Source of the DNA: Hydrolagus affinis
Lineage: Eukaryota
Reading direction: 5' to 3'
NCBI GenBank assembly: GCA_012026655.1
Contig: JAAILG010000756.1
Location: 1 to 64,000 of the forward strand
DNA: 64,000 nt
Shown here: positions 1 through 11,079 of the stretch, in pieces
Layout: every line of letters starts with the position of its first letter
Numbering within the stretch: the stretch's first letter is position 1
Notes under the pieces: model-generated
What the model was told of the DNA's origin: nothing
Database searches by the model: none
What the model saw: only the letters and a program-made list of their open reading frames with translations
Translations under genes and position numbers: made by a program

Positions 1-397
1 AGAACCCCGGCGTTTAAATACATTACAATTCTACTCAAATACTGGGCAATCTGATTTGCACATTTTATACGCACGCTTGGCTTTTCTCTACCATTTGGAG
101 CAGTCGGAAATGGGGTGGAGGGGTGGGGGGGAGACGACTCACCCAATTTTTTAAAAAAATTATAAGAGATAAGAACAGTTATTTGAAATAAACCGTACTT
201 GACACGAGCATCCAGGTTTGCTCTTTGGCGGAAAGTAGAAAGTAGACTCACTGCCTTTTACGGATGCCGTGTTCCTGCCTGACCAAAGTAGGGTTGCTTT
301 CAGACTAACCTAAGAATGAGCAGTTTGACAGTCACATCAAATATTTAAAGAGGAATGTAAACACGGTGGGCAATATGCTCTTACAATGCTGTTGTTG

Positions 398-437
398 TTG
401 TGTGTGTGAGGTGTGTGTGTATGTGTATGTGTGTGTG
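398..437. repeat. Imperfect (TG)n microsatellite
   Basis: Direct reading. Confidence 0.85.
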
Positions 438-1167
438 GAGACTAGCAGTTTATGAACTTTGGAAGATTGTTGTATTACATTACCTGACTGCGAGATTTGC
501 TCTCTCTCTTTTTAAAAAAAAGCAAAGAAAAACTAGTTCACGTTGAACAGAGCGTGAGACGCCGCACTTCTGGGCGTTGATGCAAAGTGTTTGAAACATT
601 TAATTTTTGAGGCGATGCAATGAACACGCTCGTGTTTTTTTTATTATTTGGGGGGTTTTTTTAGAAAAAAAACACCCCGCACACACTCTTGTGATATACG
701 CTTCACTCTTTTAGAACCCGAGTTCTTCTTTCACGTGCCTTGGGCATTTTTTTTAAAAAAAACCGATTTTGGTGTTTTTCTTCCCAACGCTGGGAACTGA
801 AATCCTCGCCCTTTTGTATTTAGGTTTAGTGGGTGGACACACACACACACACACATCTTCAGCAAAGAGGACACAATCTTTTTTAATGTCACTCACCGCC
901 TTGGCCAAACTACAGACCAACTGTCTCTGTTTGGAAGCGTTATCAGCAGCATGTCAGCTTGTGAGGTGGGGAGTGTTTTAATTTTATAAGAAGAATAAGA
1001 AGAAGAGTAAACCCGAAAAAGAGAATGGGGGAAAATAAAGCACACACACCAAGGAAAAGGTCTGATTCCTTTTTTTTTTAGCAGCATCTACTTGTGGAGG
1101 AAAGTCCAAGAAAGCTGAAGCCATACAGTTGTGTTATAAAACAGAAAAAAAATCTAAAAATGAAATA

Positions 1168-1173
1168 TTTATT
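1168..1173 (-). terminator. Polyadenylation signal AATAAA (distal, probably major)
   Basis: Plus strand tttatt. Downstream on the minus strand is U-rich (tttcatttttagatttttttctgtttt). Confidence 0.7.
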
Positions 1174-1470
1174 ACGGCATTTTGTGACTGAACACCTTTT
1201 AAACATACGTCACAGTCCTCATACAAGTATTTATGTAATCTGACAAAGCTCGCAAGGGAAACAGCATTTTTTTTCTCTAGTGACACGTGCTGATAAAGTA
1301 AGGAATTCATTGACATACAATACCAATTCCACAGCAGATTTTGATACTAGCAAAACATTCGTTATTTTCTCATTGAGGTAAACACATAGATATCTAACAT
1401 GTAACAATTAATATACTGAACTCTCTGTACGAAGTATGTTACAGTATTTTTCTTGCTTGTTCCAAGCAGT

Positions 1471-1476
1471 TTTATT
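1471..1476 (-). terminator. Candidate proximal polyadenylation signal AATAAA
   Basis: Plus strand tttatt inside the 3' UTR; motif match only. Confidence 0.4.
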
Positions 1477-2270
1477 CGAGTTCATTTAAAAAGGTCTCTG
1501 TTTTTTGGTGCAAGACCAACAAAAGGATCTTTCACTAAGAAAATTCTGCCCAAGAGCATTCATTCACCGTTGCCTGTTTATGTTCCATGTGACAACGTTT
1601 TTTTTTCTCAATGCTATGGCCCACAGCCATAGAAGGAAGCTGCTAATTCACCTTCAGGTTTCCATCAACAAGCTCTTTGAAGAAGAGTCACCTCCAAAAC
1701 ATGATCGGACTTGGGCTCTTCACCCTGAATAGGCCTTGCAACTACAGGGCACGTTTTGTTCCAGTAAAAATCAGGTATGTGAGCACATTCTTAAAACCTT
1801 TGCTTCTGGCCGCATCCAGCAAAGTCTTTACATTTTCCTCGCCTTAGCTTTTTCCTCTATGGCAGGTTGGCTACCGTGGGCCACAGTCTGTCCTGTAACA
1901 TGGCTCCATTGCTGTTCGAGGTCAACCATTTTGGGAACAACACACATAGTGTGGAAAAAGGATAACTTTCTTTCTAAAAACTATTGGAAGCAACAGAAAT
2001 AGAGTGATCAACAGAAATGTACAAGTTAACTTAGTTCCTATATTTATACTACAGTAGTAATAAATCTTTCAGTCTTTTCCAGAGGAACGTTACATTGAAG
2101 GTAAGTTCACGTGAAGAAAGCCTTTGACTTCACAATAGCCTGGGCTTGTGCCGTTGGTCCTCTGCTTGATGTTGAAAGAAAAAAAATCACATCTCGTCTG
2201 GAATTCCATTAAGTGTCAACATCTGTTCAAAGTTTAAAAGTCTTACATTTTTTTCTTTATTTCCCTTATA

Positions 2271-2557
2271 CTATTGGGCGTGGATGTCCATAACTTGTCC
2301 TCCCACACTGGGGTCTACAGGATTTAACATTGTGGGGCTTTGTGCTGACATTGGCATTCCAGGGTGAGGCGGGGGTCCTCCATGCATCATCATGGATGGG
2401 TGATGTGGGTGACTTGGGAGATATGAATGCATTGGGGGTCCGTGTCTTAACTGGGCAGGGTGCGGGGTCATCTGGGGAGGAGTGTAACTTGGCTGTGCCA
2501 TACTCATACCCATAGGACCACCCTGAGATACAAAGTCCCCTGGCATGCCTTGTAAAC
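2271..2557 (-). CDS. MEIS2: Meis2 last coding exon (long C-terminus isoforms): GLQGMPGDFVSQGGPMGMSMAQPSYTPPQ...GGQVMDIHAQ*
   Basis: ORF 2271..2576 contains the Meis2 C-terminus ending VMDIHAQ. Acceptor tttgcAG at 2559-2558, TAG at 2273-2271. Confidence 0.97.
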
Positions 2558-2836
2558 CTGCAAAGACATAAATCACGTTTATAGTATGTTAGGTCTTTCA
2601 GATATCTGTAAAAATCAATTCCTAAAAATAAATTCTACTGTATAATTGTTTGCAATTATGTTTAATTCTGCTGTGTGCCAGCACACACGTGTCTTGGCAC
2701 ATATAGAAGTTATATTAAAACTGATGCTTATTACATATGCTACTCATTATATATTCACAAACATTTAATTCAAAATTACCATAGTCAATGTTGTTACAAT
2801 GATGAATGTAATAACTATGCGTTTGATTTCACTCCA

Positions 2837-2861
2837 AGGTCATGTGAAATTCATTGGTTCA
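2837..2861 (+). promoter_or_regulatory. Candidate composite DR5/DR2: AGGTCA-TGTGA-AATTCA-TT-GGTTCA
   Basis: Three direct half-sites spaced 5 and 2; the middle one has a single mismatch. Confidence 0.4.
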
Positions 2862-4429
2862 TGTCACCAAATATATATCAGATTTCAGAGAGGAAATACA
2901 GTGGACAACAGAGTAATGACGATTAAATAGAACCAGAGAAGATATCATTAGAGAAACAGAGTAAGAGACCAAGTAAACCATTCGCACATAAGAAATCTGC
3001 AGGAGTGGGAATTCTTCCATTCACACATGCAGCGTAACAATGCCAAAGAGTTACACTTGAAGGTAAGAAATCTCTTTGGGCTTCCATAATAAAAGGGAAA
3101 TTGCATCTCGTTCCCTCATTTATTGAACATGGTTTGAGTTGGGTGGGTTGTCTGGATTGACTTTCTACTACATCATGAGCAAGCAGAGGTGAGGTGGGGG
3201 GGTGGGGGGGGGGGAGCGGTAGGGCGAATGTGAGATCATGGAGCAAGTTCAGTGCTGCATACCTGTAACTCAGAAAAAGCGTGGGAAGTTTGCTTACGGT
3301 AGGAAAAATCAGTCTGTAAATGTTAATCAGATCAGAGCATCCAGCTGGAGCTTTTTTCATATATATATTATATACATACAAATAACTCAATCTAGATATT
3401 TTCCAATTCAAACTAAATATGAGATAATTAAGGTTGCTTCTATTTATCCGCTGGCATTTACCAACAGAACTACAGAGCAGATTTCTCTCCCTACACTTTA
3501 AGCTGGTAATCTAAAGATTTGTAAGCTCTTGTGGTTCTAAGTGGATCTGCAGTACATTATTAACTGCAGTGGTAAAAGCATACTGAGGCAATAATACAGT
3601 CTGCACTGTGTAACAAGTCCGACTCAGCTCTGTTTATTCTAGCACAGCGGCATGTTCACTGGATGATGATAATTAAGTACCAAATATACCATAGTGTGTG
3701 GCTGCATAATCAACTAAAATAATAATATTGCCTGTATTAAGCTATTAATGTAATTGGTTATGAAGCATAAAATATGTTATGTAATTAAATAGACCAGAAA
3801 TTATATTGCCTATATTAAGAATTATCCAAGCTGAGAAAATGTTGTCTCAATGGCTGTTTTAGGGAACATTGCTTTTTACATTTTTGACTGCATTAGTGAA
3901 GGGAGGGAGGGAGGGAGGAAGGAAGTTGATTCCATCAGTAATCTGCTATAGTGACCTCCTCAAAGATCTCGCATGAAAATATAACCATTATTTTACATAA
4001 CCAAATCAGGTCAAGTCAAGTGACTGCAGTAAAAGCCATATTTCTTTTGTAAGTAGACCACAGTACAATTTGAAGTGTAAAATGATTGGAAATTATTTTA
4101 TAACAAAGTAGCTTTTTTTAAATGTAAGCATTAAGCTCAATGGTAACAATTTTGAGTTATTGGATAATAAACGAACGCTCCGTTGCCTCAAATTATGTAA
4201 TATATTGCTGTTTGCTGGATCTGAAATTCTTCAAACATCATACGCAGTGGACATACTCTCCTTGATGGATCATTTTGGCTGGAGCCAATTAACTCCACGA
4301 AAAAAAATCCATTCCTTCATTGCAGTCTTTTTTTAATGTCTGCTTGTAGTTGTTTTTAAATGTTCTTGCTTCTTTAACTCACACAGGGAGACAATGGATC
4401 AAAAAATGAGAAACAGGAAAAGAATTCCC

Positions 4430-4830
4430 AGTGTGAAATGCATAGTGTCACCAGTGCCATAGATCCAGAGAGTGGATTGTGAATTACAGCATTTCATCTT
4501 TGCATATAAGATAATTCATGCATCAATCGTCTCCTGACAGATTTATGTCACTCAAAGGACAGTCTCACTACTCGTTTTTATCGCTTCATGAAGCCTGGTT
4601 AATTTCTCTCAGTCAATTGGTGCCCTCAAGATGTTTCTTTTCCCTTAAATGTCCCAATTGTTCATTTGCTGGTTGAGTTTGGTTCTCTAGGCTTCATAAT
4701 TAAACCGAATTACAGGCCTATTTGCTCTGTATACTGTAAATTAGTTAGCTGACCTTTTCAGCTTGTGAAATGGTGTCAAATGTCATGAGATAAAGAATTA
4801 CAACTGGCCCTTTCATTGGATCAGCATGCA
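4430..4830. promoter_or_regulatory. Candidate conserved enhancer with a TALE/HOX motif cluster
   Basis: CATCAATC (4521-4528), TGACAG (4535-4540), GATTTATG (4540-4547) and ATGTCACTCA (4545-4554) lie within 35 bp. Conservation is inferred, not tested. Confidence 0.4.
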
Positions 4831-4900
4831 AGTATGGGCAAGGAGATAAAATGGGGGGAATAAAATTAAAAATTATATTATAGTAACCGATCGTACTTAC

Positions 4901-5034
4901 TNNNNNNNNNNNNNNNNNNNNNNNNNNNNNNNNNNNNNNNNNNNNNNNNNNNNNNNNNNNNNNNNNNNNNNNNNNNNNNNNNNNNNNNNNNNNNNNNNNN
5001 NNNNNNNNNNNNNNNNNNNNNNNNNNNNNNNNNN
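4901..5034 (-). other. MEIS2: Inferred position of the alternative Meis2 short C-terminal exon (approx. exon 12), hidden in an N-run
   Basis: A perfect donor A|GTAAGT at 4900-4895 abuts the 133-N gap. The expected exon is not found elsewhere between 2558 and 5291. The exon sequence itself is not visible. Confidence 0.65.
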
Positions 5035-5291
5035 CAGCAAGGTCGACTACCGAGATGGTGAAATAGATCCCTTATAATTTTTGTATTTTAGGATCTGTGG
5101 GGCGGAAAATTCCTTACAAATCTCTTTGTCTGAAAGATTTGTTTCCCCATGGGTGCAAAGAAGACAGGCAAGGCAGGCAGCAGGCAGAATAGGAAACCCT
5201 GTTATGGTGGGACATGGTATGTGAAGTGGATGGGAGGGATAGAGGAGGTGATGAGGCTATATTTAGGGTGTGAAAGAGTGCAATGGCTTAC

Positions 5292-5402
5292 CAGCAGACC
5301 GAATTCCCATGTGTTGTTGACCATCCAATACAAAACTTCCCATTGGCTGGCCCTCTGGACTGTATGCTGCTCCTTGGCTCACTGAAGGATCAAGAAGAAA
5401 AC
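5292..5402 (-). CDS. MEIS2: Meis2 coding exon (approx. exon 11): [37 protein letters not shown]; alternative internal acceptor starts the exon at 5381
   Basis: Manual translation. Acceptors cAG at 5405-5403 and 5384-5382, donor GTAAGC at 5291-5286. GFLLDPS and AAYSPEG distinguish Meis2 from Meis1/Meis3. Confidence 0.96.
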
Positions 5403-5989
5403 CTGATTGTAGTCAAACGAGGACACAGAGGAGAAAGAAAAAAAGACACACCAAACAATCAGCAATCGTCCCAGCTCCGACTGAAACAGTAAACACTGCC
5501 AAACAGCAGAAACATACACGTGAAGCACCATTATCAGCTACTTTTAGTATCTATCTTGTAACCATTCTGACTCCCTATGCCTGACAAATGTAACTATCAT
5601 CCACCCCCCCCTCCGCCCGCCCAGCCACCACCTATTTTAAAGGTGCGAATAGCAGGTGCCTTTTGTTAGACCAGAATGAAGTGAGGTAAGAGCATATCTG
5701 CAGAATACATCTCTCCTCCCCCAAAAGCCTTTAAGACATGTAACCTTTTTTTATCCTGAGGTACTTTCTCTTTTGAATGCGGTCTATTACCTCATCATGT
5801 AGATATTAATTGGCTGGTTATGGTCACACTGCTTTTCCTCCATAAATAACTGTAATGTTGACTCGGTAGTTTTTTTTAAATTGTATGTCTGTATCGTAAA
5901 TGTGAGGATATTCTGCCCTAAATATTGATGAATTTATTTAGCTCATATTAATAAAATAACATAATGATCACTAAAAGTTTTACCGTGTG

Positions 5990-6085
5990 AGAACAGAGGG
6001 TAGGTAATAAGTGAGGGGAATAGATGGGGGCTCGTGTGGAGAATAAACACAGACTAGTTTGGTTGTATGGCCTGTTTCTTTACAG
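5990..6085 (+). mobile_element. CR1 LINE 3' end fragment
   Basis: ggctcgtgtggagaataaacac...ttggttgtatggcctgtttct resembles fish/shark CR1 3' UTRs. Confidence 0.45.
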
Positions 6086-7185
6086 TCCCACTCTATTTTA
6101 ACTCTATGTCATTGCATTTTGTGTAATTAGGTTACAAAACATCTCATGTTGTAAGAATGTTGTTGGGTTTTATTAGACAGGAGTCAGGCTTACTCCTCCT
6201 TTCCCTTTAAATAAACTCATAGCTATTTATTGGCTAGCACAACAAATGTTTATGATGTTTGGCCTTTTTATTTGGTTTCACGCTATACTTTTTTTTCAAA
6301 TTGCAAAGTTGCACTAAAAGGACAGAGAGGAGCATTTTGGACATGTTGTGTAAAATTCACATAAATAAGTTTATAATGTCTTAAGCAAAGCACCAGGCAG
6401 AAATTACCACTGAATACAAGCACTCAGAATGACAACAATTACGACCAATATTTAGAAAAGGCGTTTCCCAAACCATTGCAGAAAAACACAACTCCGTGGT
6501 GAAGCACAAGGAAATGTGCTTTGATTAGGAACAAAAACAAAATTAAATTCAGATTTTGGGGAAATCAAATCAGACTATATTTTTGTTATAGATTTTCCAA
6601 TGGGGTTCATAAACAAAAGCAATGTTATAACATGCCAGCTAAAACTGTTGGAAGAATGTACTTTGCAGGCAAACAGGAAATGAGATGTCCTGTTCAAATG
6701 GCCAAAACAGACCCGGTGAACAGAAAATGCAGTTTCATTATCTGTGTTTATATGAGCTCTAACTGGAATCATTTAAACAGTGGTGAAGATATCATTAATA
6801 GTGGTAAACACTAGCAGCACTGAACTAAATAAGTGCTTGCATCAAGGAGTTGTGATAGCAAGGAAGGCATTAGTGCCAGGGCAAAAGAGAAGCAACGATT
6901 CAGCAGCAGAAAGAAACAAACACACAAACACACATGCTGCTTCAGGTGTGAAGACATGTGACCAATTACCCTTTTACAAATAAAAGCCGCTTAGTAAAGT
7001 GAGGGTGGAAGATTTCCAATTAGCACCAATTAGTGAGGTTGCTCCCAACACTGGAATTCTGGGACCACAAGCACCCCAGAATACCTGGTTGCCAGTTTAT
7101 TTACCAGGTGAAGGAATTCCTGAAGAATAACTTGATGAGGATTTGCGCCTGTGGGACTTGAATACAGTTACTACTTGGGACTTGC

Positions 7186-7244
7186 CTGCTCGATTTGACT
7201 GGTCAATCATGGGTTGTACTATTCTTCTTCTGGCGTTAATGAAC
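7186..7244 (-). CDS. MEIS2: Meis2 coding exon (approx. exon 10): (W)FINARRRIVQPMIDQSNRA, homeodomain helix 3 and end
   Basis: Completes WFINARRR with the previous exon. Acceptor tttcAG at 7246-7245. Non-canonical donor CAG|GCAAGT at 7185-7180. 59 nt. Confidence 0.95.
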
Positions 7245-7683
7245 CTGAAAAAAGTAAATGGAAGGAGGAAAAAAACAGGTACAGTTTTCATTGTTTTGTG
7301 ATTTGAGAACTATCATCATTTCATAACTCCAACTTGTTGAAGGTGTTCAGAAATCGTACATTGCCACTTGTTTTTTCTAAAAAAAACTCTCAAACATTTT
7401 AAGCTTCAACCTTCTAAGCAACAATCACTACCTTCTGTAAGAGGCACAAACATGGTAAAAGTTCATTGTCTCAAATGGGTTGCTTTCTCATCATAGGGGG
7501 TGCAACTCCCTCCAGCTGTCCATAAATGAGGACCAGGCTTTGCCACTCTCTGCTTTCACAAGGTATTGTTATGTCAGCAAGCCCATCAATTAGGCTGTCT
7601 GAAGTTTTATCACCACAGCAGCAAATAAGTGCTGGTACAGAAAGGCTCCTGCTCAATCGCAGCTCCTGCAGTTTTAGACTGTA

Positions 7684-7709
7684 AAGTCAGGGGGGTCATT
7701 TAGAGGTTA
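7684..7709 (+). promoter_or_regulatory. Candidate DR5 RARE GGGTCA-TTTAG-AGGTTA with upstream AAGTCA half-site
   Basis: One mismatch to DR5 consensus at 7693-7709, inside a repeat-free motif-rich block. Confidence 0.5.
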
Positions 7710-10700
7710 GTGACTGGCAACAGTGACCTTTTCAACCAAGATTTTGACACCCAGGGCAGAAAAAAAGGCAAATGCCCATCAGAAATGTGGGTACTAAAAA
7801 ATGTTGGAACCATAATGTTTGTTTTCTACAGTTTCCAAAAAGAACTTTGTTTTAAGACTGGCAGGCATTTATTGTTTGTTGCTAAGTATTATTTCTATTT
7901 TTGTGGTATTAAAACAGTCTAGGCTGTCGGCGATTGTTTTCTTTTCCAAACCAAATCCTCTTTACAAATAACAGAGCAAATAAATAACCTGTCATAATCT
8001 TTACAAATAAAATGCTTGTGGGGAATTTAAGTGTCATTCGTATGAATGGGTTGTTTACTTTGCAAAACCCACACAAAACAAGTTGTTAAAAACTGTGACA
8101 ATCCACAATTTTTCTTTTGCCAGTCTGTCGTTGTTAAAGCTTGGTTGCTATCATCAAATTGCTGTCTTCCACTCTCTAAAATTAAAGGCACCACTCTTTA
8201 AAGATTATGTGAAATTATTCATAAATCTGGATTTAATTTAACTGCTATCCTTCTCTCTCTTTCCCGTCCACCCCCCACCCCCCAAACACACATTGACCCA
8301 TGTATACAAAAAGAGAGGGGGAAAGACTGTCATATTTCTTACTACCTAAAATGTTAATCTCTATGCTGAGGCCAAAAGTTTGAATTTGAAATGGAGCCAG
8401 GGTACTCCATTACTTTTATGACCAACTCAGTTCAAGGAATATAACTCATTCAAATGGCATGTAACAAATGTCTCATAGCTGTGATGCTGGGGGAAGGGTA
8501 GAAATGTGTAGAAATGGATCACAATGAACCAGGAAACAAAAATCTAATCCTATGAAGGACTTTGAAGCCTGCATTGCTACGGTCAAATACGTTACTTTTA
8601 AAGTAAGCACAAACTTTTAAACTGGAAGCTACATAATCTGATAATCTTGCTGATGTTTCTGAAGTATTTATGATTTTTTTTTCTGTGAATGTACAAATGC
8701 CAGTCAAATTCCCAAAAGGTATGTGTTGTATCATTGTTTTCCAAAAATGTCACCCAACACAGCTTTGTGTATTGCCTAAGATCCAGCTAAAGACCTGCTT
8801 CAGGCACTAAAACTAAGCAACTGAAGAGAGCCACTGATCTTCAGGGAAATGGTGAAACTCTCTTTGCAACGTGCATTTACAGATTTCATTAAATCAAATC
8901 ACTGGAAAACAAACCAGCTGTTCCACAATGATCTTAGATAAAATCATCCTGTTCAGATATGGAAGTAGACTCTTTTGTAATTGAAGAGGGAGGTGAGTTT
9001 GATTTCATACTCACTAGCATGCACGCTTGCCACTATATAGCATTGGAGTAAGTAGCCCGCAGGATCAGGTTATCTGCATGATGTGGGATGTGATATCATC
9101 TGGAGGAAAGGGAGGCAAGCAAGGTTTGGATGCACTTATTGGCCTTATGGGGAGGTTTGAACGCCACATGTAATTGGACAGATTAGAGGGAACAAAAATC
9201 CATCTAAATTTGTTAAAGAGTTTGCAGCCTGTTTATAAAACTACAATCTTGAAACAATAAAAGTACAGCTTTTGCGTGATGATCACACTTCTATAGAGGA
9301 AGTTCTGTTGCTCTCGCCACGTCAGGATTGATTCCCAAATGGTGGACCCATCTTTGGCTGATGTTTGAATTGTTGCCAATTCACAGTCAAGCCACCAGAT
9401 AGCACACTTTGCAATTGCCCCCAAAGTGCATCTCCCATTGCCCAATCGACATTCATGGCAGCCATAGACAAGTCTGTGTTCCACCCTCTGAGTTGACTGA
9501 GCAAATATAGTACAAGTGACAGCAGGAGGATAGTAAAGAATAATGTAATAGCATTTTATTAATATGGATCAGTAGAATGGTGCTGCAAACCACTGCTGCA
9601 GAGTGGGACTCGAGTGACCTCAATGTCTATTCTCCCAGTTCTTGGGTGGGAAAGATGTGCTTGGCACTCCCTGTTGATCAGGTACAGTAGGACAGATTGT
9701 GTTCCAAGCATCTGCTCATGAATGCAAAGGAGTAGAGATCTAAATAACTAAGGAGGTAACTTGGCTGTAAAAAAAAACAACTTGGCTCTTTTTTAAAAAA
9801 AGTTGGGTGTTCAAAACTATTCAGAAAAACATTTTACTATTGTTACCGTGTTGGACCAATGCTAAAATTGACCAGCCATGATACGATGATTTGAGATGAC
9901 TCGTATGATTTTTTTTCAATGCTCTCTATGGGGCTGGCTGTGTGAGCAGCCATTAGTAGGAGGGTTAAGATCAGGAACTTTCAAATTGGGGGGGTGGGGG
10001 GAGGGGATGGAAGAGGAATGCTGAGGCCTATCACTCTGTTGCCAGATGTTCCTTTGCAGTGTTGCACCGCTGCATTGGCCAGCCACCTCTGACGTTTTCT
10101 TGAACTAACACTTTCACTGTGGCAATGCTCAGGCTGCTCTAACCTGTTATCAGTATAATGGTGCCTCCCCACCTTCCTTTCTTATTGCCTTTAAAAACAG
10201 CATTAATAGCTGCGAGCTTGCACTATGATCCAATGCATGAGTACGTTTATTTGTACTGTTTACACTGCACATTTTTTGATTTGAAACAGCTGGAAAAGGG
10301 AGAACAAATCCAAATTTAACCAGTTGAGGTCTGGGGTTCCAAAATGTAAATGTATAACAATTGTTTAAAAGATACAACACTACAAAGTAATATCCTGTAG
10401 TTTTGTGTCCTGTTTTAAATTTATTGCGCACTGTAGTGTAAAATGTTGCCTTTTGAAATTCTCAGGTTACTTTTTCAGATGTCAAGTGAAAGAAAAGATG
10501 TGCGTAGGACTGTCAGTGCTCAAAAGGGTTCTAGGTGTAGAGTAAATGATGCTTTAGATCTTTTGGTGTCCGTGCTTGCTCATTTTGCGTGTACTAACCC
10601 TCTTCATACTAGTCTCACTGGCAAGGCTAATGGGCAGTGTCCCATAGGGAGTTGATTCAAAGCTCTGTAGCTACACTCCCTTTTATCAATCAGAATACAG

Positions 10701-11079
10701 CCAATTGAGATTATCAAACCAGGCAGATAAGACTGTTTTCTCTCCTCCCAAGAGCTGCTAATGGTGTGTGCACATGACAAAAAAAAGCTCTAGAGATGAG
10801 AAGGGAGCTTCACGTGGCCCTGTATCACATCACAGAGTAATTCACCCCTCCTCTTTCCCTTCCCCCATTCATTTCTCCCTGACATTCTCTAAGTAATGGG
10901 CTGAACTAAATTACTAGTTTTTTTACCCCCAACCATTTTTATTATTTACATCTGGTAGTCTCCTTATTATAAGTCTCTCTTGCTCCCTCATACACACTTG
11001 CACACAGAGCTGCAAGCCATTATAGTCCCCCTCTCAGCATGGGAACTCCATACTGTCTTCAAACAAATAATTACAGGCA

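Larger units (their letters stand above)
1145..2270 (-). other. MEIS2: Meis2 3' UTR (3' end approximate)
   Basis: Follows the stop codon, carries no recognisable repeat, is AU-rich, and ends shortly after AATAAA at 1173-1168 followed by a U-rich tract. Confidence 0.75.

Noticed and set aside
2256-2261. AATAAA 10 nt after the stop codon
   Set aside because: Downstream sequence is A-rich with no clear GU/U element, and a long UTR-like region follows; probably incidental.
3187-3225. G-quadruplex-capable G tract
   Set aside because: Low-complexity G/C runs are scattered throughout the window, with nothing specific here.
2923-3411. 162-aa minus-strand ORF in the last intron
   Set aside because: No recognisable domain, spans a poly-G/C tract, and has no splice context.
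9233-9504. Overlapping minus-strand ORFs as a hidden exon or retroelement
   Set aside because: No identifiable motif or splice signals; possibly old repeat debris but unsupported.
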